A stretch of 64,000 nt of DNA from Pseudomonadota bacterium (GTDB lineage Bacteria; Campylobacterota; Campylobacteria; Campylobacterales; Sulfurimonadaceae): contig JAZDQA010000006.1 of NCBI GenBank assembly GCA_043797085.1, positions 148,191 to 212,190 of the forward strand. Reading direction: 5' to 3'. The translations under genes were made by a program, and so were the position numbers. The notes beneath the pieces are model-generated. The model did not search any database, was not told the DNA's origin, and saw only the letters and a list, made by a program, of their open reading frames with translations. Shown piece by piece: positions 16,783 through 28,447 of this stretch (position 1 is its first letter; the number at the start of each line of letters is the position of its first letter).

Positions 16783-19044
16783 ATTTTACGCGATACACTT
16801 TTCATCGGAAGCTTTGGCATTCTTTTTTATCTAGGGCTCGCTACAATCATTGGCGACTCTTCCATTATTGGTGCATACGGAGCAAGTTTCTCTGCCGGCA
16901 ACATAGAACTGTTTGGATACGTAGCCTATATGTATCTCTTGCTGTTTATGGTTCCGCTGATGTATTTTTATAAATCCAAGTCTGACACAAAACGTCATCT
17001 TGAAATGGGAAGCATCTTTTTACTCTTATTTTTTATACTCATAATTTTTCAAGCATTAGTCGTAAATGGCTCTTATCGAGGGGCTTTTGGTAGTAGTATT
17101 GTTGACTTTTTAAGCCTTTATATCGGAAGCTTCGGGCTTTGGATAATATGGTTTATGATTGTTGCAGTTTCAATGATTATTATATTGGAGCAGTCACTCG
17201 GTGATCTGGCACGTCCTTTTAAAAATTATATGGAAAAACCACTGACTACACTCAAAAAATCACCTCTAAATACAACGTTTAATCCTGCATACAAAACACC
17301 CGATTCCAGTACACCTGAAGATCATAGTTTTGTCCCTACTTATGAGTATAATGAACCGCAGTTTGAGCCTGAAACCATAGTGCCGATCCATACCCCCACA
17401 CCCATGAATATTACAAATATTACAGAAAAAAATGACGATTTATTCCCCTCACAACAAGAACCGATACGAGATAATACTCCACTTCCTGTAATACCTGAAC
17501 AGCTAAAAGAATCTACTATTTTGAGTATGGCAAAAAAAGTCAAAGAGAGTAAACAGCACGCTGTCGTCGTCGAAGAATTGGAAGAAAATAAAATCCTCTT
17601 AGAACAAATAGACCGTGGTGTTAGTGAAAAACCTAAAAATTTCAAACTCCCGCCTACTAGCTTTTTACAATATCCACCCAAGAAACAAACGGTTGTTGAT
17701 GAGAGTGAATTGGATGATAAAATTCGTGATTTGATCGAAAAACTTGCTCATTTTAATATTGATGGTGATGTCGTTCGTACCTATGCAGGTCCTGTCGTAT
17801 CAACCTTTGAATTTAAACCCGCAGCAAACATTAAAGTCTCTAAAATTTTAGGCCTGCAAGATGACCTTGCCATGGCGTTAAAAGCGCAAACAATTCGTAT
17901 TCAAGCCCCTATTCCCGGTAAAGATGTTGTAGGGATAGAAATACCAAACAAAACCGTAGATACTATTTATTTACGTGATATTTTTGAAAGTAAGCTCTTC
18001 CAAGAAGCTTCATCTCCGCTCACGCTTGTTTTAGGTAAAGACATCGTAGGCAAACCTTTTATAACCGATCTCAAAAAACTTCCACATCTGCTTATCGCAG
18101 GGACAACGGGAAGCGGTAAGAGTGTCGGAATCAATGCCATGATTTTGAGTTTATTGTACAAAAACTCGCCCGATCAGCTCAGACTGCTGATGATTGACCC
18201 GAAAATGCTTGAATTTTCAATTTATAATGACATTCCGCATCTCCTAACACCAGTTATTACGAAACCAAAAGAAGCCATTGCAGCTTTGAACAATATGGTT
18301 TATGAGATGGAACGACGTTATCAAATGATGAGCGAGACACGAACCAAAAATATCGAAAACTTCAACGAAAAGATGAAAGCAGAGGGAGGCACACCACTTC
18401 CTTACATCGTTGTTATTATTGACGAACTTGCTGACTTGATGATGACCAGCGGTAAAGATGTTGAGTATTCCATCGCCAGACTTGCCCAAATGGCCAGAGC
18501 AAGCGGAATCCATCTCATTGTAGCCACCCAACGACCCAGCGTAGATGTTGTAACAGGACTTATCAAAGCCAATCTTCCCTCACGGATCAGTTATAAAGTA
18601 GGACAAAAAATCGATAGTAAAATCATCCTTGACGGGATGGGGGCAGAATCACTTCTAGGTCGAGGAGACATGCTCTTCACACCTCCAGGAATGAGCGGAT
18701 TAGTACGACTCCATGCACCTTGGAGCACTGAAACTGAAATTGAAAAAGTAGTCGATTTTCTCAAAGCGCAACGCGAGCCTGAATACGATCGACGTTTTTT
18801 ACGGGATAAAGAAGAGATTATACGAGACGGTGGCGGCGAAAGAGGAGAAGGAAAACCATTGGATGAACTCTATGAAGAGGCTAAACACATTGTTTTGTCT
18901 GAGCAGAAAACTTCTATCAGCTATTTACAGCGACGTCTTCAAATCGGCTATAACCGTTCGGCCAGCCTCATCGAACAACTTGAGCAAAACGGTATCCTCT
19001 CAGCACCTAATGCAAAAGGAAATCGCGAACTTATGAATGAATAA
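16783..19044 (+). CDS. ftsK: DNA translocase FtsK
   Basis: PHLLIAGTTGSGKS, IIDELADLMM, ATQRPSVDV, gamma domain LQIGYNRSA. Start extended to an in-frame ATT at 16783 (see findings); ORF track gives 16930. Confidence 0.93.
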   Translation: MLRDTLFIGSFGILFYLGLATIIGDSSIIGAYGASFSAGNIELFGYVAYMYLLLFMVPLMYFYKSKSDTKRHLEMGSIFLLLFFILIIFQALVVNGSYRGAFGSSIVDFLSLYIGSFGLWIIWFMIVAVSMIIILEQSLGDLARPFKNYMEKPLTTLKKSPLNTTFNPAYKTPDSSTPEDHSFVPTYEYNEPQFEPETIVPIHTPTPMNITNITEKNDDLFPSQQEPIRDNTPLPVIPEQLKESTILSMAKKVKESKQHAVVVEELEENKILLEQIDRGVSEKPKNFKLPPTSFLQYPPKKQTVVDESELDDKIRDLIEKLAHFNIDGDVVRTYAGPVVSTFEFKPAANIKVSKILGLQDDLAMALKAQTIRIQAPIPGKDVVGIEIPNKTVDTIYLRDIFESKLFQEASSPLTLVLGKDIVGKPFITDLKKLPHLLIAGTTGSGKSVGINAMILSLLYKNSPDQLRLLMIDPKMLEFSIYNDIPHLLTPVITKPKEAIAALNNMVYEMERRYQMMSETRTKNIENFNEKMKAEGGTPLPYIVVIIDELADLMMTSGKDVEYSIARLAQMARASGIHLIVATQRPSVDVVTGLIKANLPSRISYKVGQKIDSKIILDGMGAESLLGRGDMLFTPPGMSGLVRLHAPWSTETEIEKVVDFLKAQREPEYDRRFLRDKEEIIRDGGGERGEGKPLDELYEEAKHIVLSEQKTSISYLQRRLQIGYNRSASLIEQLEQNGILSAPNAKGNRELMNE

Positions 19045-19168
19045 GGAATGCCATAGTGTTTCGATATTACACATTACTATTTAAATAAGTGTTTACTTTT
19101 GTAACACTATGAAAAAATACTTCGTCTCTTCTGCTATACTTTCTATATTAAATTTAGCAGGAGTTCCC

Positions 19169-21778
19169 ATGGCATTTATGGACGAATACACAGCACACGT
19201 AGCACAGCGCACAGCGCAAGGAATCCCTCCTCTCCCCCTTACAAAAGAACAAGTAACTGATTTAGTAGAGCTTATCAAAGCAGAAAAATCTAAAAATTCT
19301 GACCTCACAGAGATGTTAGCCTCACGTGTCAACCCAGGTGTCGATGATGGCGCTCACGTCAAAGCAGCATTTTTACACCAAATCATTCAAGGTGAAGTAA
19401 AAGCATTTTTAGCTGACAAAAGTGATATCAATAGCGACGATCACAAAAAAGCGGCCATTAAAATTCTTGGTAAAATGGTTGGCGGTTACAACGTCAAACC
19501 TCTTATTGATGCACTAAGCAACGATGCGATCGCAAACGAAGCGGCACATGAACTCAAACATACCCTATTAGTATATGATGCCTTCAATGATATCGTTGAG
19601 CTTTCAAAAACGAATACCTATGCAAAAGATGTACTTCAGTCATGGGCTGATGCCGAATGGTTTACTTCTAAAAAACCTCTTGATGAAAAATTCAGCGTTG
19701 TTGTCTTCAAATTCCCGGGTGAAACCAATACCGATGACCTCTCTCCTGCAAGCGCAGCATTTACCCGTTCAGATATCCCTCTTCACGCAACAACCATGCT
19801 TGCAGCAAAAATGCCAGAAGGTCTCGCAAAAATTACTGAACTCAAAAAACTTGGGATGCAAATCGCTTATGTCGGTGATGTTGTAGGGACGGGTTCAAGC
19901 CGTAAATCTGCTGCAAACTCTGTCCAATGGCACATGGGTGACGATATTCCTGGAATTCCTAATAAACGTACTGGCGGTGTTGTTATCGGCAGTATCATCG
20001 CACCAATTTTCTTTGCAACCTGTGAAGATTCAGGCGCACTTCCTATCGAAGCAAATGTTGAGCAAATGGAAACAGGCGATGTTCTTGACATTGATACTAA
20101 AGCGGGAACCATTACCAAAAATGGCTCTGTAATTGCGACTTTCAGCCTTCGCCCAAATACCATCGAAGACGAAGTACGCGCAGGCGGACGTATCCCTCTC
20201 ATCATTGGTCGTGGATTAACGGCTAAAGCACGTACGGCTCTTGGACTAGAACCTGCTACCTTCTTCGCTTTACCTATTCAGCCAGCTGATACAGGTAAAG
20301 GCTACACCCTTGCACAAAAAATGGTCGGTAAGGCATGTGGCATGGAAGGTGTACGCCCAGGTATGTACTGCGAGCCACACACTTCTACTGTAGGAAGCCA
20401 AGATACAACCGGACCAATGACACGTGATGAGATCAAAGAGCTCTCTGCACTTGGTTTCTCAGCGGATTTCGTTCTTCAGTCTTTTTGTCATACGGCAGCG
20501 TATCCAAAACCATCTGACGTGATTTTGCATGCAACACTTCCTGCCTTTATCTCTACACGCAGCGGTGTTGCACTTCGTCCTGCTGATGGAGTAATCCACT
20601 CATGGCTTAACCGTATGGTTTTACCAGACACTGTAGGAACAGGCGGAGACAGTCATACACGTTTCCCAATCGGTATTAGTTTCCCAGCGGGTTCTGGTCT
20701 TGTTGCATTCGCAGGTGTTACAGGGGCAATGCCTCTTGAGATGCCAGAGTCTGTTTTAGTACGTTTCAAAGGCGAAATGCAACCGGGTATCACACTTCGT
20801 GACCTTGTTAATGCGATCCCTTATTATGCAATCAAACAGGGTCTTTTGACTGTTGAGAAAAAAGGTAAGAAAAACATCTTTAACGGACGTGTTTTAGAGA
20901 TTGAAGGTCTTCCAAACATGAAAGTTGAACAAGCATTTGAGCTTAGCGATGCATCGGCTGAACGTTCAGCAGCTGCGTGTTCTGTTCACCTTAACAAAGA
21001 ACCGGTCATCGAATACCTAAAATCAAACGTTGCTCTTATCGAAGCGATGATTGCAGATGGATATGAAGATGCACGTACATTGCAACGCCGTGCTGACAAA
21101 ATGAAAGAGTGGTTAGCTGCTCCTTCATTGATGTCTGCAGATGCAGATGCCGAATACGCAGCGATTATTGAAATTGATTTGAACGACATCAAAGAGCCTA
21201 TTTTGGCGTGTCCTAATGATCCTGATAACGTTAAATTATTGAGCGATGTTGCAGGAACTGAAATTAATGAAGTATTCTTGGGAAGCTGTATGACGAATAT
21301 CGGTCACTACCGTGCAGCAGGTGAAGTAATGCGCGGTGAAGGTAAAATCGCCGTTGAAAAATTCTGGATTGTTCCACCAACACGTATGGATGAGCAGCAA
21401 CTTATCAATGAGGGCTACTATGACGTCTATAACGCGATAGAAGCACAAACGGAAGTTCCGGGATGTTCACTGTGCATGGGTAACCAAGCAAGCTCACGTG
21501 AAGGTTCAACCGTATTCTCAACTTCTACTCGTAACTTTGACAACCGTTTAGGGAAAGGAACGCAAGTTTATCTTGGTTCTGCTGAGCTAGCTTCCGTATG
21601 TGCTAAACTCGGACGCATCCCAACAGTAGCAGAATACATGAGTATCGTTCCGGAAAAATTAGCTGGAAAAGAGAGTGTTGTTTACAAATATCTCAACTTT
21701 AATGAGATTTCTAACTATAAACTCGAAGCTCGTGATATTGCGCAAGATAAATATGGCGTGACAATCAAAGCGGTTTAA
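19169..21778 (+). CDS. acnB: Aconitate hydratase B
   Basis: [40 protein letters not shown]. Start at ATG 19169 after AGGAG. Confidence 0.97.
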   Translation: MAFMDEYTAHVAQRTAQGIPPLPLTKEQVTDLVELIKAEKSKNSDLTEMLASRVNPGVDDGAHVKAAFLHQIIQGEVKAFLADKSDINSDDHKKAAIKILGKMVGGYNVKPLIDALSNDAIANEAAHELKHTLLVYDAFNDIVELSKTNTYAKDVLQSWADAEWFTSKKPLDEKFSVVVFKFPGETNTDDLSPASAAFTRSDIPLHATTMLAAKMPEGLAKITELKKLGMQIAYVGDVVGTGSSRKSAANSVQWHMGDDIPGIPNKRTGGVVIGSIIAPIFFATCEDSGALPIEANVEQMETGDVLDIDTKAGTITKNGSVIATFSLRPNTIEDEVRAGGRIPLIIGRGLTAKARTALGLEPATFFALPIQPADTGKGYTLAQKMVGKACGMEGVRPGMYCEPHTSTVGSQDTTGPMTRDEIKELSALGFSADFVLQSFCHTAAYPKPSDVILHATLPAFISTRSGVALRPADGVIHSWLNRMVLPDTVGTGGDSHTRFPIGISFPAGSGLVAFAGVTGAMPLEMPESVLVRFKGEMQPGITLRDLVNAIPYYAIKQGLLTVEKKGKKNIFNGRVLEIEGLPNMKVEQAFELSDASAERSAAACSVHLNKEPVIEYLKSNVALIEAMIADGYEDARTLQRRADKMKEWLAAPSLMSADADAEYAAIIEIDLNDIKEPILACPNDPDNVKLLSDVAGTEINEVFLGSCMTNIGHYRAAGEVMRGEGKIAVEKFWIVPPTRMDEQQLINEGYYDVYNAIEAQTEVPGCSLCMGNQASSREGSTVFSTSTRNFDNRLGKGTQVYLGSAELASVCAKLGRIPTVAEYMSIVPEKLAGKESVVYKYLNFNEISNYKLEARDIAQDKYGVTIKAV

Positions 21779-21792
21779 TCCGCTCCTTCTCT

Positions 21793-21847
21793 TGGAAGTG
21801 GGACTTTTGTCCCGCCTTTACTTTCCGACACTAAAGTGTCAGTTCCA
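21793..21847. repeat. REP/REPIN-like inverted pair of short palindromes
   Basis: GGAAGTGGGACTTTTGTCCCGC and, inverted, GGAACTGACACTTTAGTGTCGG. Confidence 0.5.
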
Positions 21848-21919
21848 GTTTTTACCCTTGCAACTTCAAGATAGTAGCAACTACGCTATAATTGCGTATC
21901 TACATACTAAAGCAACACT

Positions 21920-23272
21920 ATGTCCTCTTTTGAAACATTACTACTTCACACACCATTGCAAACGGCACTTAAACGTTTAAACTTTAACACTATGACTCCT
22001 ATTCAAGCCCAATCACTCCCTGTGATTTTAAAAGGCTCTGACGTTGTAGCCCAAGCTTCTACGGGAAGCGGTAAAACATTAGCGTTTGCGTTGGGAATTT
22101 TACAAAATGTTAATCCACGATATTTTGCAGCCCAAGCATTGGTTCTTTGCCCGACACGCGAGCTTGCTGAACAAGTAGCAAAAGTCATCCGTTCATGTGC
22201 CTCTGAAATCGGAAATATTAAACTTCTCACGTTGTGCGGCGGTGTTCCCATGAAAGCTCAACGACATTCATTGACCCATGGGGCACATATTATCGTTGGA
22301 ACTCCAGGCCGTGTTCTCAAACTTTTAAGCCTGGATAACCTTGATCTCAAATCATGTTCTATGAGCGTTTTAGATGAAGCGGATCAAATGGTAGATATGG
22401 GATTTATCGAGGATATTGAAGCTATTTTCGGTTATTTACCCTCACCCAAACAAACGCTATTGTTTTCAGCAACCTATCCAGAATCCATCAAAGAACTTTC
22501 ATCAAAACTTACTAATAATCCCGTCTTTATCAAAACACAAATCAGCGAAAAAGCTCCAGCCATTACCGAAATAGCCTACATTGTAAACGACAAGACTTCA
22601 GCACTAAACAGTGTTCTTCGTCATCACTCTATTACTAATGCGATTATTTTTTGCAATACCAAAGTAGTAGCAGCCGAATTGTGCGAAACACTTAATTATG
22701 CTGGTATACACGCCTTGACACTTCATGGGGATATGGAACAATTTGATCGCAATGAGGCAATAATCCAGTTTAGAAACGGAAGCGCACCCTTCCTCGTAGC
22801 CACAGATGTTGCCGGTCGCGGTATTGATATTGCAGAGCTTGACGCTATTATCAATTACGATGTTCCGCAACAACTCGATCGCTACATTCACCGAATCGGT
22901 CGAACAGGTCGTGCAGGGATGGATGGAACGGCTATAACCTTGGTGAGCTCTCACCAAATCGAATCATTTAAAGCGCTTGATCGTAATATAGAAATTCAAG
23001 ACCTTCCATCAAGCCGAAATAATCATGATGTGTCTACATTAATGCAAACTATTTGTATTGATGCCGGGAAAAAAGATAAACTTCGCGCAGGAGATATCGT
23101 CGGTGCATTGATACACGAAGGCGGTCTTACAAAAGAGCAAATAGGTAAGATTGACCAACAAGATCATCTAAGCTATGTTGCGATTGAACGTTCTATGGCT
23201 GCTTTGGTTCATCAAAAAATTCAAAAACGTCCGATCAAAGGGAAAGTTTTTAGGATATGGCTGTTAGACTAA
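21920..23272 (+). CDS. dbpA: ATP-dependent RNA helicase DbpA
   Basis: TGSGKT, PTRELA, DEAD, SAT, HRIGRTGR and C-terminal GKKDKLRAGDIVGAL RNA-binding domain. Confidence 0.93.
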   Translation: MSSFETLLLHTPLQTALKRLNFNTMTPIQAQSLPVILKGSDVVAQASTGSGKTLAFALGILQNVNPRYFAAQALVLCPTRELAEQVAKVIRSCASEIGNIKLLTLCGGVPMKAQRHSLTHGAHIIVGTPGRVLKLLSLDNLDLKSCSMSVLDEADQMVDMGFIEDIEAIFGYLPSPKQTLLFSATYPESIKELSSKLTNNPVFIKTQISEKAPAITEIAYIVNDKTSALNSVLRHHSITNAIIFCNTKVVAAELCETLNYAGIHALTLHGDMEQFDRNEAIIQFRNGSAPFLVATDVAGRGIDIAELDAIINYDVPQQLDRYIHRIGRTGRAGMDGTAITLVSSHQIESFKALDRNIEIQDLPSSRNNHDVSTLMQTICIDAGKKDKLRAGDIVGALIHEGGLTKEQIGKIDQQDHLSYVAIERSMAALVHQKIQKRPIKGKVFRIWLLD

Positions 23273-23303
23273 CAATAACTTTCTATAAATAGGAGTAGTT
23301 TTT

Positions 23304-23792
23304 ATGGCCAATCAAGAATTAACCTTTGGAGAAGAAGAATTTATTGTCTCCAAAACGGATTTAAAAGGGAAAATTACGTATGGTAATGCCCTATTTATTA
23401 AAATATCAGGGTATGATGAAACCGAACTGATCGATCAGCCCCATAATATTCTCCGACATAGTGATATGCCAGCCGTCGTTTTTAAACTTTTATGGAAAGA
23501 GATCCAAGCGGGTAGAGAGATATTTGCCTATGTAAAAAATAAAAATAAAAATGGTGACTTTTATTGGGTATTTGCCCACGTAACCCCCTCTTTTACTGCT
23601 AATCGCACTATCTCTAATTATCATTCTGTACGTCGTAAGCCATCCAAAAATGCAATCAATGTGATCAAACCTCTGTATGAAATGTTATTGCAAAAAGAGA
23701 AAAGCGAAGGCATCAAAGCATCGGAAGAATTGCTGCTTAAAATATTAAAAGACAAAGGTGTCTCGTATGAACAATTTATCCTCTCTCTCTAA
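23304..23792 (+). CDS. PAS-domain aerotaxis sensor (CetB/Aer PAS-like)
   Basis: [34 protein letters not shown]. Confidence 0.88.
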   Translation: MANQELTFGEEEFIVSKTDLKGKITYGNALFIKISGYDETELIDQPHNILRHSDMPAVVFKLLWKEIQAGREIFAYVKNKNKNGDFYWVFAHVTPSFTANRTISNYHSVRRKPSKNAINVIKPLYEMLLQKEKSEGIKASEELLLKILKDKGVSYEQFILSL

Positions 23793-25212
23793 AGTACAAT
23801 ATGCCAATATAGTGTCCATCTTACTTTTTGTGATTGGATTAACTATCGAAACATTTTTAGATGGATGGAATTGGATCCGCATTTTAACATTACTTAATTT
23901 TGCGTTGGCATGGTATGTTTTTATCAATATTCGTCGTACGCAAGAAATAATTCGTGGTGTTAGTGTTGTTATTAATGGAGCAGAAAAGGGGTACCTTGAA
24001 AATCGGATTACCCATATCAGTGATTTTGGCGAATTAAAAGATCTTTGCTGGAATACCAATAATATGCTTGATCAAATTGAAGTGGTTATGCGTGAAATAC
24101 AAGCAAGTGTTAATGCAGCCAGTCGTGATGAGTATCATCGTATTATCCTCATTCAAGGGCTTCATGGTGAATTCAAAGAAGCAAGTACTTATGTTAACAA
24201 AGCAATTTCTTCAATGCTAGCTAACCATACGCACATTCAAAAATCAGTCTTGAGTGGAGAATTGGGTCAAATCGGCGCAGGGGTTAGCGGAGGGTTAAAA
24301 GTTATTCAAGGGGATTTGCAAAATACAATTGCAAGACTTGACAATATTACCACAATTTCACACTCCACCTCTACGCGCTCATCTGAAACAGTCGATGAAC
24401 TCGAAGCGATTATTGCACGTCTCAATCATTTGATTGAATTGGTTCAAATATCGGCTGATTCTATACAATCACTGAATGACAAAACGGGCGAGATCACCTC
24501 TGTCGTCAATCTGATCAAAGACATTGCCGATCAAACCAATCTATTGGCTCTCAACGCTGCTATTGAAGCGGCACGGGCGGGTGAGCATGGACGAGGATTT
24601 GCCGTTGTAGCAGATGAAGTGCGTAAACTGGCTGAGCGTACCCAAAAAGCAACCGGTGAAATTGCGATTGCCGTTCAAACACTCCAACAAGAGACCACAG
24701 AGATTCACTCTAATTCTGAGTCAATGAATGCCATTGCCTCTGAGTCAAGTCAATCAATCGAATCCTTTCACTCAACACTCCAAAATTTCAATAGAGATGC
24801 CATATCAACCTCACAACAAGCAAAAATAATCGAGAATACTACCTTTATTACCCTCGCAAAAATTGATCATATTATGTTTAAATCCAACTCGTATATTTCC
24901 ATTATCAATGCCAATACTAGCAAGTGGAAACCTGTCGATCATCACCAATGCCGATTGGGACAATGGTATGAGAGCGGTGCAGGAAGAGCGCGTTTTTCAC
25001 ATCTTGCGAACTACAAATTAATTGATGCACCACACAGTATGGTTCACAAATATTCTATGGATAATTTCAAATTTATTGAAAATGGCGATAAAACAGTAGA
25101 GAATAAAAAAGAGATTATCGAAAACTTTGCGGCAATGGAAGCGTCAAGTGAAAAACTATTCGTGATTATGGATGATCTTATCCGAGAGTCTGAAGCTGAG
25201 AATAACCACTAA
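23767..25212 (+). CDS. Methyl-accepting chemotaxis protein with C-terminal CZB domain (CetA-like)
   Basis: Two N-terminal TM segments; [64 protein letters not shown]. Confidence 0.92.
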   Translation: MNNLSSLSKVQYANIVSILLFVIGLTIETFLDGWNWIRILTLLNFALAWYVFINIRRTQEIIRGVSVVINGAEKGYLENRITHISDFGELKDLCWNTNNMLDQIEVVMREIQASVNAASRDEYHRIILIQGLHGEFKEASTYVNKAISSMLANHTHIQKSVLSGELGQIGAGVSGGLKVIQGDLQNTIARLDNITTISHSTSTRSSETVDELEAIIARLNHLIELVQISADSIQSLNDKTGEITSVVNLIKDIADQTNLLALNAAIEAARAGEHGRGFAVVADEVRKLAERTQKATGEIAIAVQTLQQETTEIHSNSESMNAIASESSQSIESFHSTLQNFNRDAISTSQQAKIIENTTFITLAKIDHIMFKSNSYISIINANTSKWKPVDHHQCRLGQWYESGAGRARFSHLANYKLIDAPHSMVHKYSMDNFKFIENGDKTVENKKEIIENFAAMEASSEKLFVIMDDLIRESEAENNH

Positions 25213-25223
25213 AAATAGGCTAT

Positions 25224-25253
25224 ATCTTTAGTATCAAATACGATACTAAAGAT
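25224..25253. terminator. Hairpin between convergent genes (bidirectional terminator candidate)
   Basis: ATCTTTAGTATC-N6-GATACTAAAGAT, perfect 12-bp stem. Confidence 0.6.
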
Positions 25254-25260
25254 TCAATAA

Positions 25261-26259
25261 TTATTTGTGATTCCCAACTAAAACCGTCATGTCGACAAGG
25301 CGGCTGCTGTATCCCCACTCATTGTCATACCATGCTAATACTTTAACCGTATTACCATTCACTACACTTGTCATATCAGGTACATACGTCGCACTGTAGG
25401 TAGAACCAATAAAGTCACAAGAAACACGCATATCATTGTCTACTTCAATCAACCCTTTGAATGCGCCGTTGCTAGCTGTAGTAAATGCCTCATAAATCTC
25501 TTCTTTAGTAACACTTCTAGAAAGGTTTGCGGTCAAATCGACTACAGAGACATCGGGAGTCGGAACACGCATCGCATAGCCGTTAAGTTTACCCTGCAAA
25601 TGAGGCATAACTTTACCGATTGCTTTTGCAGCACCCGTTGATGTAGGAATCATATTCAAAGCAGCCGCACGTGCGCGGCGAGGATCTTTGGCGTGTTTAA
25701 CATCTAAAATATTTTGATCATTCGTATAAGAATGAATCGTTGTCATAAGAGCATTCTCGATCCCAAATGCATCGTCAAGCACTTTACAAATCGGTCCCAA
25801 GCAGTTAGTAGTGCAGCTCGCATTTGAAATGATTGCCTCACCTTTATACTCACTCGAATTTACCCCGATTACATACATCGGAGTATCATCTTTTGCAGGT
25901 GCCGAAATTACTACTTTTCGCACACCGTTTTTAAGATGTTTTTGACAACTCTCTTGATCTAAAAAAACACCCGTACATTCGATAACAACTTCAGCGCCAA
26001 CACTTCCGAAGTCAACCTTATCGGCATCACGCTCACGGAACATACGTACATTTTTTCCACCGATAGAAATTGTATTCTCATTGATCACTTTGGCATCAAT
26101 CCCACGATGAACACTGTCGAATTTCAATAAATATTCAAGCATTTCTGGTTTTGAAGTCGTATTGAGTGCTACCAACTCTATATCACTACGTTCTGTAATA
26201 ATTTTAGCAACGATAATTCCGATTCGCCCAGTTCCATTAATTGCTACTTTAAGTGCCAT
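25261..26259 (-). CDS. gap: Glyceraldehyde-3-phosphate dehydrogenase type I
   Basis: INGTGRIG, SNASCTTNCL, WYDNEWGYS. Confidence 0.97.
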   Translation of the reverse strand: MALKVAINGTGRIGIIVAKIITERSDIELVALNTTSKPEMLEYLLKFDSVHRGIDAKVINENTISIGGKNVRMFRERDADKVDFGSVGAEVVIECTGVFLDQESCQKHLKNGVRKVVISAPAKDDTPMYVIGVNSSEYKGEAIISNASCTTNCLGPICKVLDDAFGIENALMTTIHSYTNDQNILDVKHAKDPRRARAAALNMIPTSTGAAKAIGKVMPHLQGKLNGYAMRVPTPDVSVVDLTANLSRSVTKEEIYEAFTTASNGAFKGLIEVDNDMRVSCDFIGSTYSATYVPDMTSVVNGNTVKVLAWYDNEWGYSSRLVDMTVLVGNHK

Positions 26260-26379
26260 GAAGTCTCCTGAAAAATTTCAATATATATAATTATTGTAAC
26301 AAAAAATGGCTAAAGATGGGATAAGGAAAGGAGAATGCCCCCGATGTTGAGGCATAAATAAAGTTAAAATATAGAAGAT

Positions 26380-27000
26380 TCAAGCTTTAGGGTAAAGTAG
26401 ATTGTTTATTCTTTCGTAAATATCCAATATCTCACCCTTTTTTTCGAAAAAACTGTTTTTATTGGCAATAAGATGCGTCGTTGATTCCATAATCGTCTCA
26501 ACCACCTCTAAACCATTTTGCTTCATCGTACTTCCTGTTTCGACCACATCCACAATCATATCGGCAAGCCCGACAAGAGGTGCTAATTCGATGGAACCAT
26601 ACAGTTTGATAATATCCGCTGCAACTGCACGTTCTGCAAAATAGCGCTTGGTAATATTCACCATTTTCGTCGCAACTTTGATTTCACTTTTCGTAAAATC
26701 AGGTTTTTCACCCGAGCGCATACCGATAGCAACACGGCATTTCCCTTTTTGTAAATCAAGCAGACGAATAACATCCAGCCCCTGCTCTTCAAGAGTATCA
26801 AGCCCTACAACCCCTATATCGGCAGCTTGGTGATACACATACGTCGCAACGTCTTGATTACGTACGAGCAAAAATTTAAAATGTTCCGTTTCTAAAATCA
26901 GTTTTCGATCATCAAATTTAAAACTGCTTCCGAAAATAGTCTCGAAAATTTCGAGCGTATCCTCTGCAATTCGTCCTTTTGGCAGTGCAACACTTAACAT
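26380..27000 (-). CDS. hisG: ATP phosphoribosyltransferase (short form)
   Basis: VALPKGRI, GSIELAPLVGLADMIVDVVETGSTMKQNGL. Confidence 0.95.
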   Translation of the reverse strand: MLSVALPKGRIAEDTLEIFETIFGSSFKFDDRKLILETEHFKFLLVRNQDVATYVYHQAADIGVVGLDTLEEQGLDVIRLLDLQKGKCRVAIGMRSGEKPDFTKSEIKVATKMVNITKRYFAERAVAADIIKLYGSIELAPLVGLADMIVDVVETGSTMKQNGLEVVETIMESTTHLIANKNSFFEKKGEILDIYERINNLLYPKA

Positions 27001-27611
27001 TGTGAACCTTTATTAATCAACTTTTGCATACCCTTGAAAACCAATATCTCATCGACGATTGCATCGGAAAAATAGCGTGCCAACATCTGAGCATCGCCTC
27101 CGGTCATATAAATAGGTTTTTCAAGACTTTCGATTTTATGGACAAGTGGAGCCAAAAAACCGACCGTAAGTGCATCAGGAGTATTTTTCGCCATTATAGT
27201 CAAATCAACCTCAAAGTTAAATGACGTGGCAAGCGCAGGTGATAATCTCGCGTATGCTTCTTGCGCCGCTCGAAGCCCAAGCGATATAAATCCACCCTGA
27301 TACACACCATCGAACATCACATCAACCGTAATCGCACTCCCAGCATCCACAACCACTCCATCCTCAATCGCTTCACACACCATAATCCGATCAATCCCCA
27401 TCGTCGGATAATATTTATCCCAGTCGATTAGAGGCACGATATTGTGCCAGTTAGATAAATCCCCTAGTATTTTAGAAATACTGCTATTAACACAGCAATA
27501 CCACATTTCACCCTCAAGTAATTCAGGCTGAAATTCTGTAAGTACGATTTTTTGACACACACCGTTTTCATAAATATCCGCCGTTGTATTTCCTATATCA
27601 CACAAAATCAT
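26994..27611 (-). CDS. coaX: Type III pantothenate kinase
   Basis: MILCDIGNT, MGIDR, VVDAGSAITVD, GG, MTGGDA. Confidence 0.9.
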   Translation of the reverse strand: MILCDIGNTTADIYENGVCQKIVLTEFQPELLEGEMWYCCVNSSISKILGDLSNWHNIVPLIDWDKYYPTMGIDRIMVCEAIEDGVVVDAGSAITVDVMFDGVYQGGFISLGLRAAQEAYARLSPALATSFNFEVDLTIMAKNTPDALTVGFLAPLVHKIESLEKPIYMTGGDAQMLARYFSDAIVDEILVFKGMQKLINKGSQC

Positions 27612-28447
27612 CAATTTGTCTCCATTACTTTCGCCATCGGATGGCATTCTAAAACCGTTGCTTGTAAATTATGCTTTTGTACATGGGTATAAATCTGTGT
27701 CGTGAGTAAGGAAGCGTGTCCTAACAGCTCTTGCACAACACGCAAATCAGCACCACCTAAAATAAGTCCTGTTGCATAGGAATGACGGAGGGCATGGGGT
27801 GAGACTCCTAGATGTTTTTGGGTGATTTTAAAGGCAGAGATACGGCTTAACGGTTCATAGCGATAGTTCATCCATAGAGAGTGTTGTTTTACACACGGGC
27901 ATGTATCTTGGTAAGCGCGTAGTGCTTTTAACGCCTCTTTTGCGATGGGAATGTAGCGCTCTTTTTCCCCTTTACCGTGACGAACTCGAAGCCACTCTCC
28001 CTCTATATCATCTTCTTGCACCGCTAAACACTCACTAATCCTAGTCCCCGTCGCGTACAAAAAAAGGATCAATGCATAATCACGCTGCCCTAACCAATTG
28101 CTTTGATCTATTTGTTCAAGAGCGATCATAATGGGTTCAAACGGTAAATATTTGGGGAGTGTTTTCGGGAGTTTTGAGAGTGAGAACTTGGAGGATTTTG
28201 AATCGAAACGTTGATTGTGGCAAAAATCTAAAAAGGAGTTAATGGCTGATAATTTTCGGTTGAGCGTACGTTTGTTCTCAATATTGGAAAGCGCTTTAAA
28301 AATAGAAGCGCTGTCTAATTCGACAAGAAATTTTGAAGTGACCGTCTCGATTTCTGTTAAATCATGATGATAGGCTTCAATGGTTTTAGGACTAAGCGCT
28401 TTTATAATCGTAATGTATTCTAAAAATGCCTCAATTCCGGATGACAT
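27611..28447 (-). CDS. XerD-like chromosomal tyrosine recombinase
   Basis: LYATGTRISE, GKGEKER, PHALRHSYAT, LLGHASLLTTQIYTH; within a housekeeping operon. Confidence 0.85.
   Translation of the reverse strand: MSSGIEAFLEYITIIKALSPKTIEAYHHDLTEIETVTSKFLVELDSASIFKALSNIENKRTLNRKLSAINSFLDFCHNQRFDSKSSKFSLSKLPKTLPKYLPFEPIMIALEQIDQSNWLGQRDYALILFLYATGTRISECLAVQEDDIEGEWLRVRHGKGEKERYIPIAKEALKALRAYQDTCPCVKQHSLWMNYRYEPLSRISAFKITQKHLGVSPHALRHSYATGLILGGADLRVVQELLGHASLLTTQIYTHVQKHNLQATVLECHPMAKVMETN

Noticed and set aside
19109..19168. Signal-peptide-like N-terminal extension on AcnB
   Set aside because: ORF-track artefact: a -10-like box and the AGGAG SD lie inside it, pointing to ATG 19169.
27611..28447. 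Tyrosine recombinase as the integrase of a mobile element
   Set aside because: It has XerD-like motifs and overlaps housekeeping genes (coaX, lipoprotein) with no att site or cargo.
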